A stretch of 64,000 bases of DNA, taken from assembly GCA_965248285.1 (NCBI GenBank), contig CBDFJJ010000005.1:121447-185446 (forward strand), written 5' to 3'. The notes under the pieces were generated by a model, which was not told where the DNA came from, made no database searches, and worked only from the letters and a program-made list of their open reading frames with translations. The position numbers and the translations under genes were made by a program. Below, piece after piece: positions 62,775-64,000 of this stretch (positions are counted from its first letter, which is position 1; each line of letters begins with the position of its first letter). The stretch is from Gemmatimonadales bacterium. Lineage in GTDB: Bacteria; Gemmatimonadota; Gemmatimonadetes; Gemmatimonadales; GWC2-71-9.

Positions 62775-63659
62775 ATGCCACAAGTAACCGATGCGATCAA
62801 GAAGAAGAGCAAATTGACCAAGGAAGAGTGGCGCGATTACACCAAGACGGTGTGGCACATCGCGAACACTACGCACGCCGAGCACCCGGCTGTCTTTCCG
62901 GTCGAGATCCCGCACCGCCTGGTCAAGCTCTTCAGTTGGCACGGCGACACCGTCCTCGATCCGTTCGCCGGTACAGGTACGACCGCACAAGCCGCCGTGC
63001 CTCTCGGCCGCAAGGTGATCTGCGTCGACCAGAGCAAAACGTACACCAACATCATTCGCCGCGAGTGCAGCCACCTGAAGAACGGTCGCCTGACTGCGAC
63101 CGAGCTCCTGGAAGTGGTGCACGGCGACAGCCGCGACCTCTCGTTCGTCGAAGATGATTCCGTCTCACTCATCGTTTCCAGCCCGCCATACTGGAACAAG
63201 GCCAACTACGGCAAGGCTCGTGCGAACATCGGCAATGTCGCGGGCTACCGCCGCTTTCTCGATGAGATACGCCCGGTCTTCGAGGAGTGCTTTCGTGTTC
63301 TGCAGCCGGGTCGCAAGTGCTGCTTGGTCACGGCCAACGTCAATCAGCATACCGACCACGGCCTCTTGACCTTCCCGCTCGCCGCGGACTATGGGGTCAT
63401 GCTGCGCGAGATCGGCTTTATGATGGTCACCGAGGTCATCTGGTCGAAGGATGGCACAGGCGGACGGTGGGGGTCTGCGAATGCACAACGCCCCATCTTC
63501 GGGAGCTACCCGTATCCGCCGAACTTCCTCTTCAAGAACATTCACGAGTACGTCTTGGTCTTCTCCAAGCCGCCGTCGAAGAAATCGAAGGGACCCAACG
63601 TCGTGCCGTACGATGAAATCATGGCCGAGCCGCGCCAGCGGAACGGGCGGGCTCGGTAG
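62775..63659 (+). CDS. DNA methyltransferase with permuted motif order (HPAVFP-DPFAGTGTT first, SSPPYW later)
   Basis: Start placed at ATG 62775, behind GAGGGAGGA. Motif I DPFAGTGTTAQAA lies upstream of motif IV IVSSPPYWN. The track ORF start (62592) includes the orphan 60-bp fragment. Confidence 0.8.
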   Translation: MPQVTDAIKKKSKLTKEEWRDYTKTVWHIANTTHAEHPAVFPVEIPHRLVKLFSWHGDTVLDPFAGTGTTAQAAVPLGRKVICVDQSKTYTNIIRRECSHLKNGRLTATELLEVVHGDSRDLSFVEDDSVSLIVSSPPYWNKANYGKARANIGNVAGYRRFLDEIRPVFEECFRVLQPGRKCCLVTANVNQHTDHGLLTFPLAADYGVMLREIGFMMVTEVIWSKDGTGGRWGSANAQRPIFGSYPYPPNFLFKNIHEYVLVFSKPPSKKSKGPNVVPYDEIMAEPRQRNGRAR

Positions 63660-63675
63660 TAAAGGGAAACGGACG

Positions 63676-64000
63676 ATGGACTGCGAATTTCATCTTCAAG
63701 ACCCGACATCGCCGGACACAGTTTATCTCTTCGAGGCGATCATTGGTGCCTCGCGCGGCGCCGCCACATGCACAGGCATGTTTGCGTTCGCGTCGCGCGC
63801 CGGTGTTGATTCCCTGATCGGCGACCCCGAGACGCAGCACTTTCTTGGCGAGTCGACGATGTCGCTGCTTGTTGGCATCGACGCAGTCACGAACCGCCAC
63901 ACCCTCGAGCGTCTCCAGGAGCTTGAGCAGGAGCATGAGAGCTTGAGCGTCCAGGTCTTCTGGAACCCGACGAACGCTCTCTTTCACCCGAAGGTAGCTC
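63676..64000 (+). CDS. PLD-like (HxK) nuclease-family protein, N-terminal part (runs off window)
   Basis: Own translation of the open frame: MDCEFHLQDPTSPDTVYLFEAIIGASRGAATCTGMFAFASRAGVDSL...VQVFWNPTNALFHPKV. It contains an H-x-K motif. Starts 16 nt after the methyltransferase stop. Absent from the ORF track because it has no stop in the window. Confidence 0.5.
   Translation, partial: MDCEFHLQDPTSPDTVYLFEAIIGASRGAATCTGMFAFASRAGVDSLIGDPETQHFLGESTMSLLVGIDAVTNRHTLERLQELEQEHESLSVQVFWNPTNALFHPKVA

Noticed and set aside
63619-63987. Minus-strand ORF of 122 aa from the ORF track
   Set aside because: The plus-strand open frame starting at 63676 has an HxK motif, sits 16 nt after the methyltransferase stop and gives a more protein-like translation. 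The minus ORF is judged a shadow.

Overview
High-GC bacterial chromosomal segment in two parts. Positions 1-37 kb are mostly core genes on the minus strand: hprK', hpf, a glycosyltransferase, nusB, ribH, ribBA, ribE, ribD, purM, a sugar kinase, an acyl-CoA mutase, fbp, comEC, miaB, mtaB, two envelope proteins, cdd, deoB, alr, an amidohydrolase, pcm, a membrane spermidine-synthase-like protein, and a LolA-like/OMP/FtsX-FtsX-ABC cluster. Positions 37-64 kb are an accessory patchwork. It holds two prophage-like segments: MTase'-ASCH-HNH-TerS-TerL', and replication-RusA-MTase-Xis-Int. Between them lies a visibly lower-GC island carrying a HAF-repeat protein, a PagL-like protein and a lipoprotein. 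At the right edge sits a methyltransferase plus PLD-like nuclease pair. Two non-identical tRNA 3' fragments mark att-type junctions. Eight IS elements from four families are present: 3 near-identical IS5-like copies, 2 different IS256-like, 2 different IS3-like and 1 IS481-like. Several have target-site duplications readable directly in the sequence. The most unusual signal is not a gene. It is a family of intergenic 7-nt-periodic repeat arrays, some forming long dyads. The AT-rich type (AATATCC/GGATATT) punctuates the pur-rib operon, and other heptamers (CAGATTG, CGTCTCA) occur elsewhere. Three IS insertions sit in or beside these arrays. Other notable features are in-frame (GGGGC)n G-quadruplex-type tracts inside miaB and a second gene, a 12-nt-periodic repeat encoding an AA[RW]x protein, and an 18-bp tandem repeat that reiterates a gene's last codons plus its stop. 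No rRNA, intact tRNA or CRISPR array was found. Function calls rest on motif recognition from the translations; no database search was possible.
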